In this document: positions 28,734-37,821 of the stretch, one piece after another
How positions within the stretch are numbered: the stretch's first letter is position 1
Layout of the letters: each line of letters begins with the position of its first letter
Source: Candidatus Sericytochromatia bacterium
Lineage (GTDB): Bacteria > Cyanobacteriota > Sericytochromatia > S15B-MN24 > JAQBPE01
Direction: 5' to 3'
Assembly (NCBI GenBank): GCA_035285125.1
Contig: JAYKHR010000049.1
Coordinates: forward strand, 1 to 37,821
DNA length: 37,821 nt
The notes under the pieces: model-generated
Seen by the model: only the letters and a program-made list of their open reading frames with translations
Told to the model about the DNA's origin: nothing
Database searches by the model: none
Position numbers and translations under genes: made by a program

Positions 28734-29492
28734 TCAGTCCCCGGCCATCTCCTGGCTCACCACGCCATCCAGGAAGTTGCGGATCAGCGGCTCTTGCGTC
28801 TGACGCATCTCGTCGGGGGTGCCCGTGCCGACCACCTGCCCCTGGTAGAGCATGGTGATCTGGTCGCCGCAGTAGATGGTGCTGTGCTGGTGGGTCACGA
28901 CGATCGAGGTGGCCTGGGTGTCGTGGGTGAGGCCCACGATGAGGTTTTCGATCACGGTGCTCGTGATGGGGTCGAGCCCGGTTGTCGGCTCGTCGTACAG
29001 GATGGTGCCGGGGTCGCGGGCGATGGCCCGGGCAAGGCTCACGCGCTTCTGCATGCCGCCTGACAGGTTGGCGGGGTACAGCTGCTCGAGTCCGGGCAGG
29101 TTCACCCGCGCGAGCTTCTCCGCGACGATGCGGTCAAGCTCTGCTCGCGGCAGGTCGAGGTGCTCCGTGATGGGGAAGGCCACGTTCTCCCCGATCGTCA
29201 TCGAGTCGAACAGCGCGCCGGCCTGGAACACGAAGCCGAGTTGCTGCCTGTAGGCCTTCATCTCGTCCGGTCGCAGCTGCGTGATGTCGCGGCCGTCCAC
29301 CCAGACCTTGCCCCGGGTGGGCCGCAGCAGGCCTGAGACGAGCCGGAGGATGGTGCTCTTCCCACAGCCGGAGGGGCCGATCACCACGCTGGTGCGTCCC
29401 GGCTCGAAGCTCAGGTTGATGCCCTGCAGGATCGTGCGAGGCCCGAAGGCCATGTGCACGTCCTCGAGCCGGATCGTGGGCCCCTTGCTCAC
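28734..29492 (-). CDS. mlaF: MlaF/Mkl-type ABC transporter ATPase
   Basis: GTG 29492 overlaps the mlaE stop (GTGA); GPSGCGKS, 'FQAGALFDSMT', LSGGMQKR, YDEPTTGLD, VVTH. Confidence 0.9.
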   Translation of the reverse strand: MSKGPTIRLEDVHMAFGPRTILQGINLSFEPGRTSVVIGPSGCGKSTILRLVSGLLRPTRGKVWVDGRDITQLRPDEMKAYRQQLGFVFQAGALFDSMTIGENVAFPITEHLDLPRAELDRIVAEKLARVNLPGLEQLYPANLSGGMQKRVSLARAIARDPGTILYDEPTTGLDPITSTVIENLIVGLTHDTQATSIVVTHQHSTIYCGDQITMLYQGQVVGTGTPDEMRQTQEPLIRNFLDGVVSQEMAGD

Positions 29493-30277
29493 TTCACGCC
29501 ACCCCCGGGGAACAGCACCATACTGAGGAAGTAGTTCAGCACGAAGATCGCGATCATGCTGTGCACGACGGAGTTCGTGGTGGCGGCCCCGACCCCCTGA
29601 GCCCCCTTCTTGGCCGTGAGGCCTTGGTGGCAACCAATGACGGCGATCAGGAAGCCGAACAGCGCCGACTTGAACATGCCCTTGAACACGTCCGCCGGGA
29701 CCAGGAACTCCTGGATGGAGGTCAGGAACAGCGTCGAGGAGATCCCCATCATCTTCGTGGCGACGATCCAGCCGCCCGCAGCGCCGATGAGGAGGCCCAA
29801 CCCCGACAGCAGGGGGACCATCACGACGCAGGCCAGCACGCGCGGCACCACGAGGTAGCGCGTGGGGTCCACGGCGAAGGCCTCGAGGGCGTCGATTTGC
29901 TCTGTCACCTTCATCGAACCCAGCTCGGCGGCGATGGCCGAGCCCACGCGGCCTGCCACCACGACGCTGACCAGGATGGGGGCCAGCTCACGCGACAGCG
30001 CGATCGACACCACGCCCCCGATGGCAGTCGTGGCGCCGTACTTGATGAACTCGTGCGTGATCTGCAGCGTGAACACCATGCCGACTGAGAGCGCGATCAG
30101 CAGCGCGATGGGCAGGGAGTCCACGCCGATGAAGGCCAGCTGCGTGATGGCGTTGCGCCGGTGGATCTGGCCGGTGAGCAGCAGGCGCAGGGCCCGGCCC
30201 CCCAGCAGCGTGAGGTTGCCGAACACCTCGAGGAACTCGAGGGTGGCGGTTCCCAGGCCTTCCAGCGTCTTGATCAC
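29489..30277 (-). CDS. mlaE: MlaE family ABC permease
   Basis: 'RELAP..VAGRVGSAIAAELGSMKVTEQIDAL..YLVVPR', 'GAQGVGAATT'. Confidence 0.93.
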   Translation of the reverse strand: MIKTLEGLGTATLEFLEVFGNLTLLGGRALRLLLTGQIHRRNAITQLAFIGVDSLPIALLIALSVGMVFTLQITHEFIKYGATTAIGGVVSIALSRELAPILVSVVVAGRVGSAIAAELGSMKVTEQIDALEAFAVDPTRYLVVPRVLACVVMVPLLSGLGLLIGAAGGWIVATKMMGISSTLFLTSIQEFLVPADVFKGMFKSALFGFLIAVIGCHQGLTAKKGAQGVGAATTNSVVHSMIAIFVLNYFLSMVLFPGGGVK

Positions 30278-30303
30278 GGGGCACCTTCAGCGACGGAGCG
30301 TCG

Positions 30304-32094
30304 TCATTGTAGCCCGCCGGTCGGCGTTGCGGTACCTGGCGGTGTCTCCGCAGGCAGCCAGGCATCGAGGCGGCCGGTCTGCCCCTTCAGCCGGGCGAGC
30401 ACGACCCGGCGGCCGAGCACGGGGGTGGGCAGCTCTTCCCAGCGGGCGCCGGGCGGCAAGGGCCCCCAGACGTGGCGGCTGGGTCCCTCTGCCCACGCGA
30501 GCAGCACGGGCGTCATGCCAGCCACCGTGCCAGGATCCAGCTTCGGCAGCAGCCGCCGGAGCTGGGGGGGCGTGTGCACGAGGCGGTTGGCGAGCCAGAG
30601 CGGCTCCGGATGCATCCCGTCGAAGGCGAGGTCCCAGGACAGCGCCACTTCCCGGGGGCCGACGTGGGCGGCCAGCAGCGTGGCGATGGCCGCGGGCAGG
30701 GGGTTGCCGGGCGGCGCAAAGGCGGCCATGGCGGGCCGGGCCAGCCACAGCCACCCCGCGCCCAGCGCCAGCACGACGCCCGTGAGCGCCCTCGGCCAGC
30801 GGCCCTGGCCCCGGCCAAGGGCCGCCGCCAGCGGCAGCGCCACCAGCAGCACCGCCAGGAGGGCCACCCAGCGCAGCGCGGCGAAGCGGTGCACGCAGGC
30901 GTGCTGCAGCAGCAGCGCCATGTGAAGCACCGGCGGCAGCCCCACGGCCGCCAGCGCCCAACCCCAGGCCCCGCGATCCTTCACGTGCGTCCGCAGCCGC
31001 CACCCGACCACCGCCAGCGAGGCCGTGCCGAGCAGCACCACCACCGCGCCGGGCCCCGCCACGGCCTCGCCCAGCAGGGTCTGCCCCCAGGCTCCCAGCC
31101 CCTCTCGCAGGCCTCCGGGCGCCGCCGCGGCGAGGTGCGACGCGAGGACGCCGGCGACCAGGCTGCCCGTGAGGGCCACGCCGTTGTCGAGCGTCCGGCC
31201 CGGGCCCCGCTGCGCGAAGGTCGCCAGCATGTCGGACCAGCCTGCCGAGAACCACCCGAGCTGGGCGGCATACAGCCCCACGGCCAGCCCCATCGGCGCC
31301 CACAGGGGCCATGCGGCCCGCAGCAGCGCCCCGCCTCGCCCGGCGTCGCGCCCGCGCCAGGCGAAGCCCACGCCGATCACCCCCATCGTCAGCCACCCCA
31401 GCCACTCCGTCCCCCAAGCGAGTAGCCCCGCCCCGGCCAGCGCCAGCCCGCGCCAGGGCCCCAGCCCGGCGAGGCGGAACCTCGCGCGGGTGGCGACAGC
31501 CGCAGCCAGCAGGCACGCCGGCAGCACGAGGGCGTCCGTGAAGACCTCGTAGCGGCCGTAGTAGAGGATGGGCGGGGAGGTGACCCAGGCCAGCCCTGCC
31601 GCCAGGGCGGCCAGGGCGGCCCCGGCGGGTGGCAGGCGCTGCGGCGCCACCAGCGCGAGGCAGGCCCAGGCGAGCTCGAACAGGGCAAGCGCCCCCCCGA
31701 GGCCCACCACGACCTGGCCGAGGGCCGCCAGGAAGGCCTCCGGGGGCGGGCTGCCGAGGACCTGCCACACGCCGAAGACGAGCACGCTCCAGAGTGACGG
31801 GTAGCTCAGGTAGGCGCCCTCCAGCTTGCCGAGGCTGCGCAGTGCCGGCCCGTGGGCGGGCGCGCCAGGGGTGTGGTCACTGGCAGGCGCCGCCTCCGCG
31901 CTGCGCGGTAGGATGACGTTGGCCCCCAGCGTGGGGCCGACCCCCCAGGCCGCATAGCCCCGCAGGGTGGCCAGGGTGTGGGCGGACAGCCAGCGCGGCG
32001 GTCCCTCGACGAGCCCTCGCGTCTCGTGGTTGGCTGCCAGCCAGCCGATCAGCAGCAGCGCGGCAGCAGCGGCCCGCAGGCCCGCCGAGGTCAA
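30304..32094 (-). CDS. Polytopic membrane protein, possibly GT-C fold glycosyltransferase-like (596 aa)
   Basis: TTG 32094 overlaps the upstream stop (TTGA); many hydrophobic segments; first loop 'YLSYPSLW', 'TEWLG', soluble C-terminal tail. Family call is tentative. Confidence 0.6.
   Translation of the reverse strand: MTSAGLRAAAAALLLIGWLAANHETRGLVEGPPRWLSAHTLATLRGYAAWGVGPTLGANVILPRSAEAAPASDHTPGAPAHGPALRSLGKLEGAYLSYPSLWSVLVFGVWQVLGSPPPEAFLAALGQVVVGLGGALALFELAWACLALVAPQRLPPAGAALAALAAGLAWVTSPPILYYGRYEVFTDALVLPACLLAAAVATRARFRLAGLGPWRGLALAGAGLLAWGTEWLGWLTMGVIGVGFAWRGRDAGRGGALLRAAWPLWAPMGLAVGLYAAQLGWFSAGWSDMLATFAQRGPGRTLDNGVALTGSLVAGVLASHLAAAAPGGLREGLGAWGQTLLGEAVAGPGAVVVLLGTASLAVVGWRLRTHVKDRGAWGWALAAVGLPPVLHMALLLQHACVHRFAALRWVALLAVLLVALPLAAALGRGQGRWPRALTGVVLALGAGWLWLARPAMAAFAPPGNPLPAAIATLLAAHVGPREVALSWDLAFDGMHPEPLWLANRLVHTPPQLRRLLPKLDPGTVAGMTPVLLAWAEGPSRHVWGPLPPGARWEELPTPVLGRRVVLARLKGQTGRLDAWLPAETPPGTATPTGGLQ
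30306..30311 (-). promoter_or_regulatory. Candidate internal -10 box (TACAAT) for mlaEFD
   Basis: TACAAT overlapping the last codons of the upstream gene, 28 nt before the mlaE GTG. Confidence 0.35.
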
Positions 32095-32873
32095 GGGGCG
32101 CCCGAGGCGAGCGTGCCCGCGGCCTCTACCACGATGCCCTCCGGCGACACGCTCAGCTGCTCGATGCGCCACCCGGGCCCCGGCAGCGTCAGGCGGTTGA
32201 GGTCCAGGAGCGGTGGGGCCATCCGGCCTGCGAGGCGGAGCAGGGCTGCGGGCAGGGGCTTGCCGCCCAGGGCCACCTCCCACCCGGTGCCCCGGATGCT
32301 CCGGTGATCGCCCCCGAGCACGGGCACGAACGAGGCCGATACGGGCCGGGCTGCGCCTCGCCCCAGGTGCACCTTGGCCTCCAGGTGGATCCTGCTCGCG
32401 TCGGTGGTCACCCGCACGTCGGAGAGCCCCAGGCGCGGCCCGAGCAGGCTGACGAGGGGCCCCGCTGGCACGGCCAGGCCATCCAGGCTCCCGGCATCCT
32501 TCAGGCGCAGGGCCTCTGCCGTCAGTTCCGCCGCGCTGGCCTCGAGCCGCACCCGGGCACTCGCTGGAGCGAGCAGGACCGGGGCGCCGATGCCGTACAG
32601 CGAGTGCCCGGGGACGCGGACGTCCTGCGCCTCGAAGCGCACGCGGGGCAGGCGCACGGGGCCGCAGGGGACGTGGCGGGCCTCCACCCGGAGGGTCTCC
32701 AGCCGGCCTCGCGTCAGGTCGAGGAAAGGGTCCGCCAGCACCTCGGCGCGTGCGCTGGAGGTCGGTCCCCAGCGCCGCTCGAGCTCGCGCTCGAGCACCT
32801 CGCCCACCTGGCCCGGCGCGGCCGAACCCGTCGCCAGCACCACAATAACGCCCAACGCCGCGATGATGCTCAT
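32091..32873 (-). CDS. DUF2993/LmeA-like exported putative lipid-binding protein
   Basis: N-terminal hydrophobic anchor; 'DPFLDLTRGRLETLRVEA' and C-terminal 'IEQLSVSPEGIVVEA' resemble DUF2993. Confidence 0.55.
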   Translation of the reverse strand: MSIIAALGVIVVLATGSAAPGQVGEVLERELERRWGPTSSARAEVLADPFLDLTRGRLETLRVEARHVPCGPVRLPRVRFEAQDVRVPGHSLYGIGAPVLLAPASARVRLEASAAELTAEALRLKDAGSLDGLAVPAGPLVSLLGPRLGLSDVRVTTDASRIHLEAKVHLGRGAARPVSASFVPVLGGDHRSIRGTGWEVALGGKPLPAALLRLAGRMAPPLLDLNRLTLPGPGWRIEQLSVSPEGIVVEAAGTLASGAP

Positions 32874-32877
32874 GGTG

Positions 32878-34305
32878 CTAGAAGTCCTTCGTCACGCCGG
32901 CCGTCAGGCCGAGCGTCGTGAGGCTGCCGCCCCCGAGGGCGGTGCTGAGGAACGCGTGGACGCCCGCATCGAGCGTCCAGCCGGGCGCCACCTGGTACAG
33001 GGCGCGGCCCGTGAGGTCTGTCCCGATGCGCGTCAGCGTCTGAGGGCCGTTGGGCCGGGGCAGGTTGTACCACTGGGCCATCGGCCCCACCAGAGCCGTG
33101 CCGATGAGCTCCAAGCCGGGACCTGCCCGGAACGCCAGGGTCGCGGCTGGCCCCGCCCCGACGCTCGTCTTGTCGGCTGACAGGTAGTACTGGCTGACGA
33201 GCTGGCCAGTGACGTTGAAGGCCTGGCGGGCCATCACGCCGCCGCCCACGGCAGCCTCCCAGTCGGGCCCGCCGCCGACGCGCCAGTAGCCGATGCCCGA
33301 GACGCCCGTGTCGAGCATGTCGATCGGCACGGGCTGGCCCTGGTCCGGGATGTCGAAGCCCACATACATCGTGTTCACGCCGAGCGCGAGGCCCCAGGCC
33401 TCCGTCCAGTGCTCCCCGCTCACGCCCCCGCCGGCGAGCATCCCGCCCGAGAACTGCGCCGGCTCGTTCGCCACGACGGCCCCCGTCTGGCGCGGCAGGT
33501 CCTCGTTGAGCATGGCGATGAGCTCGCCTTGCAGGCGACCCCGGCTGCGCAGGAGCGGGGGGGCGCCCGCCAGCGGCAGCGGCGAGGCCCCTGGCGAGAC
33601 GCGCGGGTTCGCCGTTGGCCCCGGGCTGGCGGGCCCTGGCGAGGGGGGGGCGAGGGCCTCCTGCAGCTCCCGCTCCACGGCCGGGTTGAGGTAGGGCAGG
33701 GCCTTCACCAGGATGGACAGGACCTGGAAGCGCGTCACGGGGTTGACCGCGATGAAGGCGCTGCCTGCCCGGGCCTCGATCAGCCCGAAGCGGTTGACCA
33801 CCCGATCGAGGACCTTGAACAGGGGGCTGCCCTGGGGCACGTCCGAGAAGTACACCGTCTGCCGCCGGCGAGTGGGCGGGGCCACGCCGTTCTTCTCCAG
33901 CAGGGTGTCCAGCGCCTCGGCCAGTTCGCCCCGCGTCACGAGGGCTTCGCCCCCGAACGTGCCGCCACGACCGGTCTCCAGCAGGCCATAGCCCAGCACG
34001 CGCTGGACGTCGCGCGTCGCCTCGTGGCCGGGCGGCATGTCCTTGAGCACGAGGAAGGTGGCGGGCGGACCGCTCTCGATGTACAGGGCGCTGAGGATCT
34101 GCGCCAGCTCGTAGCGCGTCAGCGGCACCTCGCCCGCGAAGTCGACGGGGGTGCGGCCCACCATGATGCGGCGGTCGGCCAGCACCGAGGCTGGCACCAG
34201 CGCCCAGTGGCCCGAAGGGATGTCCCGGAAGGTGCCCGCAGCCTGGGCGGCGAGCGCCACGAGCGGGACGGTCAGCAGGGCGGCGAGCAGCGGGCGGCGG
34301 GGCAT
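32878..34305 (-). CDS. S-layer homology (3x SLH) protein with C-terminal outer-membrane beta-barrel
   Basis: Signal peptide; SLH repeats 'FRDIPSGHWA..TRYELA', 'LKDMPPGHEA..TRGELA', 'FSDVPQGSP..TRFQV'; Pro-rich linker; alternating strands ending 'LGLTAGVTKDF'. Confidence 0.8.
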   Translation of the reverse strand: MPRRPLLAALLTVPLVALAAQAAGTFRDIPSGHWALVPASVLADRRIMVGRTPVDFAGEVPLTRYELAQILSALYIESGPPATFLVLKDMPPGHEATRDVQRVLGYGLLETGRGGTFGGEALVTRGELAEALDTLLEKNGVAPPTRRRQTVYFSDVPQGSPLFKVLDRVVNRFGLIEARAGSAFIAVNPVTRFQVLSILVKALPYLNPAVERELQEALAPPSPGPASPGPTANPRVSPGASPLPLAGAPPLLRSRGRLQGELIAMLNEDLPRQTGAVVANEPAQFSGGMLAGGGVSGEHWTEAWGLALGVNTMYVGFDIPDQGQPVPIDMLDTGVSGIGYWRVGGGPDWEAAVGGGVMARQAFNVTGQLVSQYYLSADKTSVGAGPAATLAFRAGPGLELIGTALVGPMAQWYNLPRPNGPQTLTRIGTDLTGRALYQVAPGWTLDAGVHAFLSTALGGGSLTTLGLTAGVTKDF

Positions 34306-34313
34306 GGTGGCCC

Positions 34314-34319
34314 ATTATA
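34314..34319 (-). promoter_or_regulatory. Candidate -10 box (TATAAT) only 8 nt before the SLH gene ATG
   Basis: Minus strand cggTATAATgggccaccATG; no SD present. Confidence 0.55.
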
Positions 34320-34371
34320 CCGCTGACAGGCCAAACGGGCTGTGGCGCCTGTCGCTCTGGCGCCTGCCAGC

Positions 34372-34740
34372 TCACAGGGGGGGCAGCCCCAGCAGCTGGT
34401 CGCCCGCCTGCACCCCCACCTCGGCGAGGCGTCCGGCCGACAGCTCCAGCACCGCCCGGGCTCCGCGCACGGGCCACCCCACGCGCCCGGGCCGCAGCTG
34501 ATGGGTCAGGCTCACCACCAGGCCCTGCCCGTCGAGGTAGGCCACGTCGATGGCGTAGCGCATCCCGAGCATGTGCACCGCGTTGCAGGGCACCAGCAGC
34601 AGCCCGTCACCGGGCGCCAGGGCCGGCGTCCCCAGCAGCCCGACGAGGCGGGAGGCCCAGGTGTCGGCCACGCGCACCCGCTCGGCGACCGTGGCCCCGG
34701 TGCGGGCCAGGCTGAGCGAGCGCACCTCGTCCCCGCTCAC
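34372..34740 (-). CDS. DUF192 family protein (122 aa)
   Basis: GTG 34740 overlaps the tadC stop; 'VADTWASRLVGLLG..GLLL..VHMLGMRYAIDVAYLD..VLEL.AG'. Confidence 0.85.
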   Translation of the reverse strand: MSGDEVRSLSLARTGATVAERVRVADTWASRLVGLLGTPALAPGDGLLLVPCNAVHMLGMRYAIDVAYLDGQGLVVSLTHQLRPGRVGWPVRGARAVLELSAGRLAEVGVQAGDQLLGLPPL

Positions 34741-35690
34741 TGCCCCACCCAGTTCGTGAACAGCTCCAGCGCCACGGGGCCGAAAATCACGATGAAGACC
34801 ACGGGGAAGATGAAGAACACGAGCGGGAAGGAGAGCTTCACCGGGGCCTGCATCGCCTGCTCCTGGGCCCGCTGCATGCGGTTGTCCCGGGCGATCTCGG
34901 ACTGGATCCGGAGGTTCTTCGCGACGCCCGTGCCCATCGCCTCGGCTTGCACCATGGCGAGCACCACGGAGTTGACCTCCTTCAGCCCCACCCGCCGGGC
35001 CATCTCCTTGAGCGCGTCGCCACGCGGGCGTCCGAGTTGGATCTCCCGCAGCACCTGGTCGATCTCCTCCCGTAGCGGGCTCGGGCGGGTCTTCTCCACC
35101 ACCTTCTGCATCCCGGCCTGCAGCGAGAGCCCGGCCTCCACGCACACCGTCAGGAGGTCCAGCGTTGTGGGCAACTGCTTCAAGATGGTGTCGCGGCGGC
35201 GCACGCCCTCGCGCTGAAGCGCGAGGATGGGGTAAAAAAAGCCGCCGACGGTCCCCGCCAGCGCCACGAGCGCCAGCACGGCCGGGTTGAAGCCGATCAG
35301 CGCAAAGGTGAACACCGCGGCGCCGATCGGCATCAGCACCGCGCACTTGAGCTGCCAGACCCTGAGCTGGAGTGGCGTCATGCCATACCGGCCAGCGGCT
35401 TGCAGCACCCGTGTGAGCTCCGCGGCCTGCCCCTCCGTGACGCGGCTGTCCGCCCACGGCCGGAACAGCTCGTCGAGCTGGGCGTTCGCATCGGCGACGG
35501 CGTCCTTGCGGGCGGGCGGGGCCTCGGCCACGGCCTCGGGGGCCCGGTAGACGGGCCTGTCGGCGTTTTGCGACAGCCGCTTGAGGCGGCTCTCCACGTC
35601 CTCGCGCTGCTTGGGCTTGGCGATCGCCAAAAGCCCCAGGAACAGCGACGCGAACATCAGCCCGAAGAGCAGCAGCAGCATCGGATCCAT
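34737..35690 (-). CDS. tadC: Tad pilus assembly platform protein TadC (T2SS F family)
   Basis: 'LPTTLDLLTVCVEAGL', 'EIQLGRPR', 'PVKLSFPLVFFIFP'. Confidence 0.9.
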   Translation of the reverse strand: MDPMLLLLFGLMFASLFLGLLAIAKPKQREDVESRLKRLSQNADRPVYRAPEAVAEAPPARKDAVADANAQLDELFRPWADSRVTEGQAAELTRVLQAAGRYGMTPLQLRVWQLKCAVLMPIGAAVFTFALIGFNPAVLALVALAGTVGGFFYPILALQREGVRRRDTILKQLPTTLDLLTVCVEAGLSLQAGMQKVVEKTRPSPLREEIDQVLREIQLGRPRGDALKEMARRVGLKEVNSVVLAMVQAEAMGTGVAKNLRIQSEIARDNRMQRAQEQAMQAPVKLSFPLVFFIFPVVFIVIFGPVALELFTNWVGQ

Positions 35691-35693
35691 CGG

Positions 35694-36599
35694 CTAGACC
35701 TCGATCGTCACGATGGCGCGGATGAAGTAGCCCCCCAGCCCGATCAGCAGCACGCCGACGAGGGTCATCAGGAGCCCGATCGGGTGGCTGATCAGCAGCC
35801 CCGTGCGCTCCGGGGCGATCAGGAACATCGCGAAGAACAGGCCCACAGGCAGCAGCCCGAGCACCCAGCCGCTCATCCGGCCCTGGGTCGTCAGGGTGCG
35901 GATCTGCTTGTGCAGCTTGTTGCGCTGGCGGATCGTGTCGGCGACGGTCTCCAGGATCTCCGCGACGTTGCCGCCCGTCTGGCGCTGCACCACGAGCGCA
36001 GTGGTGGCGATCTCCAGGTCCTCGAGCGGCATCCGCTCCGCCCAGGCCGCCAGCGCCGCATCCATCGGCACGCCCATGCGGAGCTCCTGCAGCACCTCCT
36101 GCACCTCCACCCTGATGGGGTCCGGGAAGTCCGTCGCGACCGTCTCCAGCGTCTGCAGCACCGTCTGGCCGCTCTTGACGCCGTTCGCCATCACGCCGAG
36201 GGCGTCCGTGAACTGGTCGAGGAACTCGCCCTGGCGGCGCGCTACGCGGTAGTCGAGCCAGCCCTCCCGCGCCCGCCACGTGCCGTACCCAAGCAGGCCG
36301 CCGAACACCAGCCCCCCGGGGCCGAGCCCACCCATCAGCAACCCCACCACCGCGACGGCGATGGCGGCCCGCAGCCAGGTGCGGCGGAGTTGCGCGGGCG
36401 TCAGGTCGAGGCCCGCCTGGCGCAGGCGCCGCACGGTGACAGCGTCGCTGGCCTCTGGGCCGGTGCTTGCCCGGGGCCGCCCGTCGTCGGAGGCCGCGGG
36501 CCCTGGCCGGCGCCCCTGCAGCCGCACCACGAGAACCGTGCCCCCGAACACCACCACGAAGATGCCCAGGAAGGCGAGCAGCAGCGTCTGGGTGCTCAT
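35694..36599 (-). CDS. tadB: Tad pilus assembly platform protein TadB
   Basis: 'QFTDALGVMANGVKSG', 'QRQTGGNVAEILE..TIRQR', 'TTQGRMSG..LLP'. Confidence 0.9.
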   Translation of the reverse strand: MSTQTLLLAFLGIFVVVFGGTVLVVRLQGRRPGPAASDDGRPRASTGPEASDAVTVRRLRQAGLDLTPAQLRRTWLRAAIAVAVVGLLMGGLGPGGLVFGGLLGYGTWRAREGWLDYRVARRQGEFLDQFTDALGVMANGVKSGQTVLQTLETVATDFPDPIRVEVQEVLQELRMGVPMDAALAAWAERMPLEDLEIATTALVVQRQTGGNVAEILETVADTIRQRNKLHKQIRTLTTQGRMSGWVLGLLPVGLFFAMFLIAPERTGLLISHPIGLLMTLVGVLLIGLGGYFIRAIVTIEV

Positions 36600-37821
36600 C
36601 CGGGGCCGCCCTTCATGAACAGGTCGGGAGGCAGCTTCAGGCCCATGGCTTCCAAGGTGTCCAGGCAGTACGGGCGGATGCCCGTGGCGCGGAAGGCGCC
36701 CTGCACGCGCGTCTGGTTGCGGCCCGTCTGCCGGAACTCGAAGACGTCCTGCATGGTAATGATCTCACCCTCCATCCCCGTGACCTCCGAGACGCGCGTG
36801 ATCTTGCGGCTGCCGTCCGTCAGGCGGCTCTGCTGCACGATGATGTGGATGGCGGCGGCGATCTGCTCGCGGATGGCGCGCACGGGTAGGTCCATGCCCG
36901 CCATCAGCACCATCGTCTCCAGCCGCGCCAGCGCGTCACGCGGGCTGTTTGCGTGGCCTGTGGCCAGAGAGCCATCGTGGCCGGTGTTCATGGCCTGGAG
37001 CATGTCGAGCGCCTCGCCGCCGCGGACCTCGCCCACGATGATGCGGTCCGGGCGCATGCGCAGGCTGTTGCGGACGAGGTCCCGGATCGGCACGGCGCCC
37101 TGTCCCTCCAGGTTCGGGGGGCGGCTCTCCAGGGAGATCACGTGGGCCTGGTTCAGCTTGAGCTCGGCCGCGTCCTCGATGGTCACGATGCGCTCGTCTT
37201 CCGGGATGAAGCCCGAGAGCACGTTGAGCAGCGTGGTCTTGCCGGAGCCCGTGCCCCCCGAGATGAAGACGTTCATCTTCCCGACGACGCACGCCTCCAG
37301 GAACGTCGCCATGGCCGGCGTGCACGTGTCGAAGCCGATGAGGTCCTCGATGCCGAGGCGCTTCCGCGAGAACTTCCGGATCGTGATGGTGGAGCCCCCG
37401 AGCGCCAGGGGCGGGATGATCACGTTGACACGCGAGCCGTCGGGCAGGCGGGCGTCGCACATCGGGCTGCTCTCGTCCACGCGCCGGCCGATGGGGGCCA
37501 CGATCCGGTCGATCACGACGCGCAGCTGCTTCTCGTCCGTGAACGTGCGGCTCGAAAGCGTCAGCCGGCCGCGCTGCTCGATGAAGATCTGGCCCGGCCC
37601 GTTCACCATGATTTCCGAGACGCTCTCGTCGGCGAGGAACGCCTCCAGCGGGCCGTAGCCGATGGCCTCGTTCGCGATGTCGGCCACGAGGCGCGCCCGC
37701 TCGGCCCGGCTGTCGAGCTTGAGGCCCATGTCGTCGATCAGGCGGTTCACGCGCTCGGCCACCTGGTCCCGCAGCACGGCCTTGAACTCGGGGTCGGCGA
37801 GGCGTTCGAAGGGGATGTCCT
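36596..37821 (-). CDS. tadA: Tad pilus ATPase TadA/CpaF (5' end outside window)
   Basis: Frame open to the window edge; GGTGSGKT, 'TIEDAAEL', 'LRMRPDRIIVGEVRG', 'MNTGHDG'. Confidence 0.95.
   Translation of the reverse strand, partial: DIPFERLADPEFKAVLRDQVAERVNRLIDDMGLKLDSRAERARLVADIANEAIGYGPLEAFLADESVSEIMVNGPGQIFIEQRGRLTLSSRTFTDEKQLRVVIDRIVAPIGRRVDESSPMCDARLPDGSRVNVIIPPLALGGSTITIRKFSRKRLGIEDLIGFDTCTPAMATFLEACVVGKMNVFISGGTGSGKTTLLNVLSGFIPEDERIVTIEDAAELKLNQAHVISLESRPPNLEGQGAVPIRDLVRNSLRMRPDRIIVGEVRGGEALDMLQAMNTGHDGSLATGHANSPRDALARLETMVLMAGMDLPVRAIREQIAAAIHIIVQQSRLTDGSRKITRVSEVTGMEGEIITMQDVFEFRQTGRNQTRVQGAFRATGIRPYCLDTLEAMGLKLPPDLFMKGGPG

Noticed and set aside
34741..36279. 635-aa ORF 34372..36279
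   Set aside because: Only the last 122 codons (DUF192) look real; the rest is an off-frame overlap of tadB/tadC.

Overview
Very GC-rich (about 70% by eye) chromosomal window from a diderm bacterium. Gene content (yggS-sepF-proC-yggT, SLH-barrel protein, DUF2993-like protein, minimal mlaEFD) points to a Terrabacteria lineage, possibly a non-photosynthetic relative of Cyanobacteria such as Sericytochromatia (inference only). About 15 kb is taken by three paralogous giant proteins built as Ser/Thr kinase - STAND/AAA ATPase - TPR - GAF - GAF. Two end in a diguanylate cyclase (GGEE) domain and one has no output domain. Two of them flank an orphan, internally duplicated helical protein with T-x-P-L motifs in its tails. 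Other content: a 5'-truncated Eis-like GNAT, exbB-exbD-btuF-like, an ABC-F ATPase, a xer recombinase - LipM-like - small ORF unit with dif-like half-sites upstream, an alpha/beta hydrolase, and a long minus-strand envelope cluster (tadABC, DUF192, SLH beta-barrel, DUF2993-like, polytopic membrane protein, mlaE-mlaF-mlaD). The MlaD appears to carry a C-terminal beta-barrel. I saw no rRNA, tRNA, CRISPR array or transposase. All calls come from reading motifs by eye; no database searches were run.
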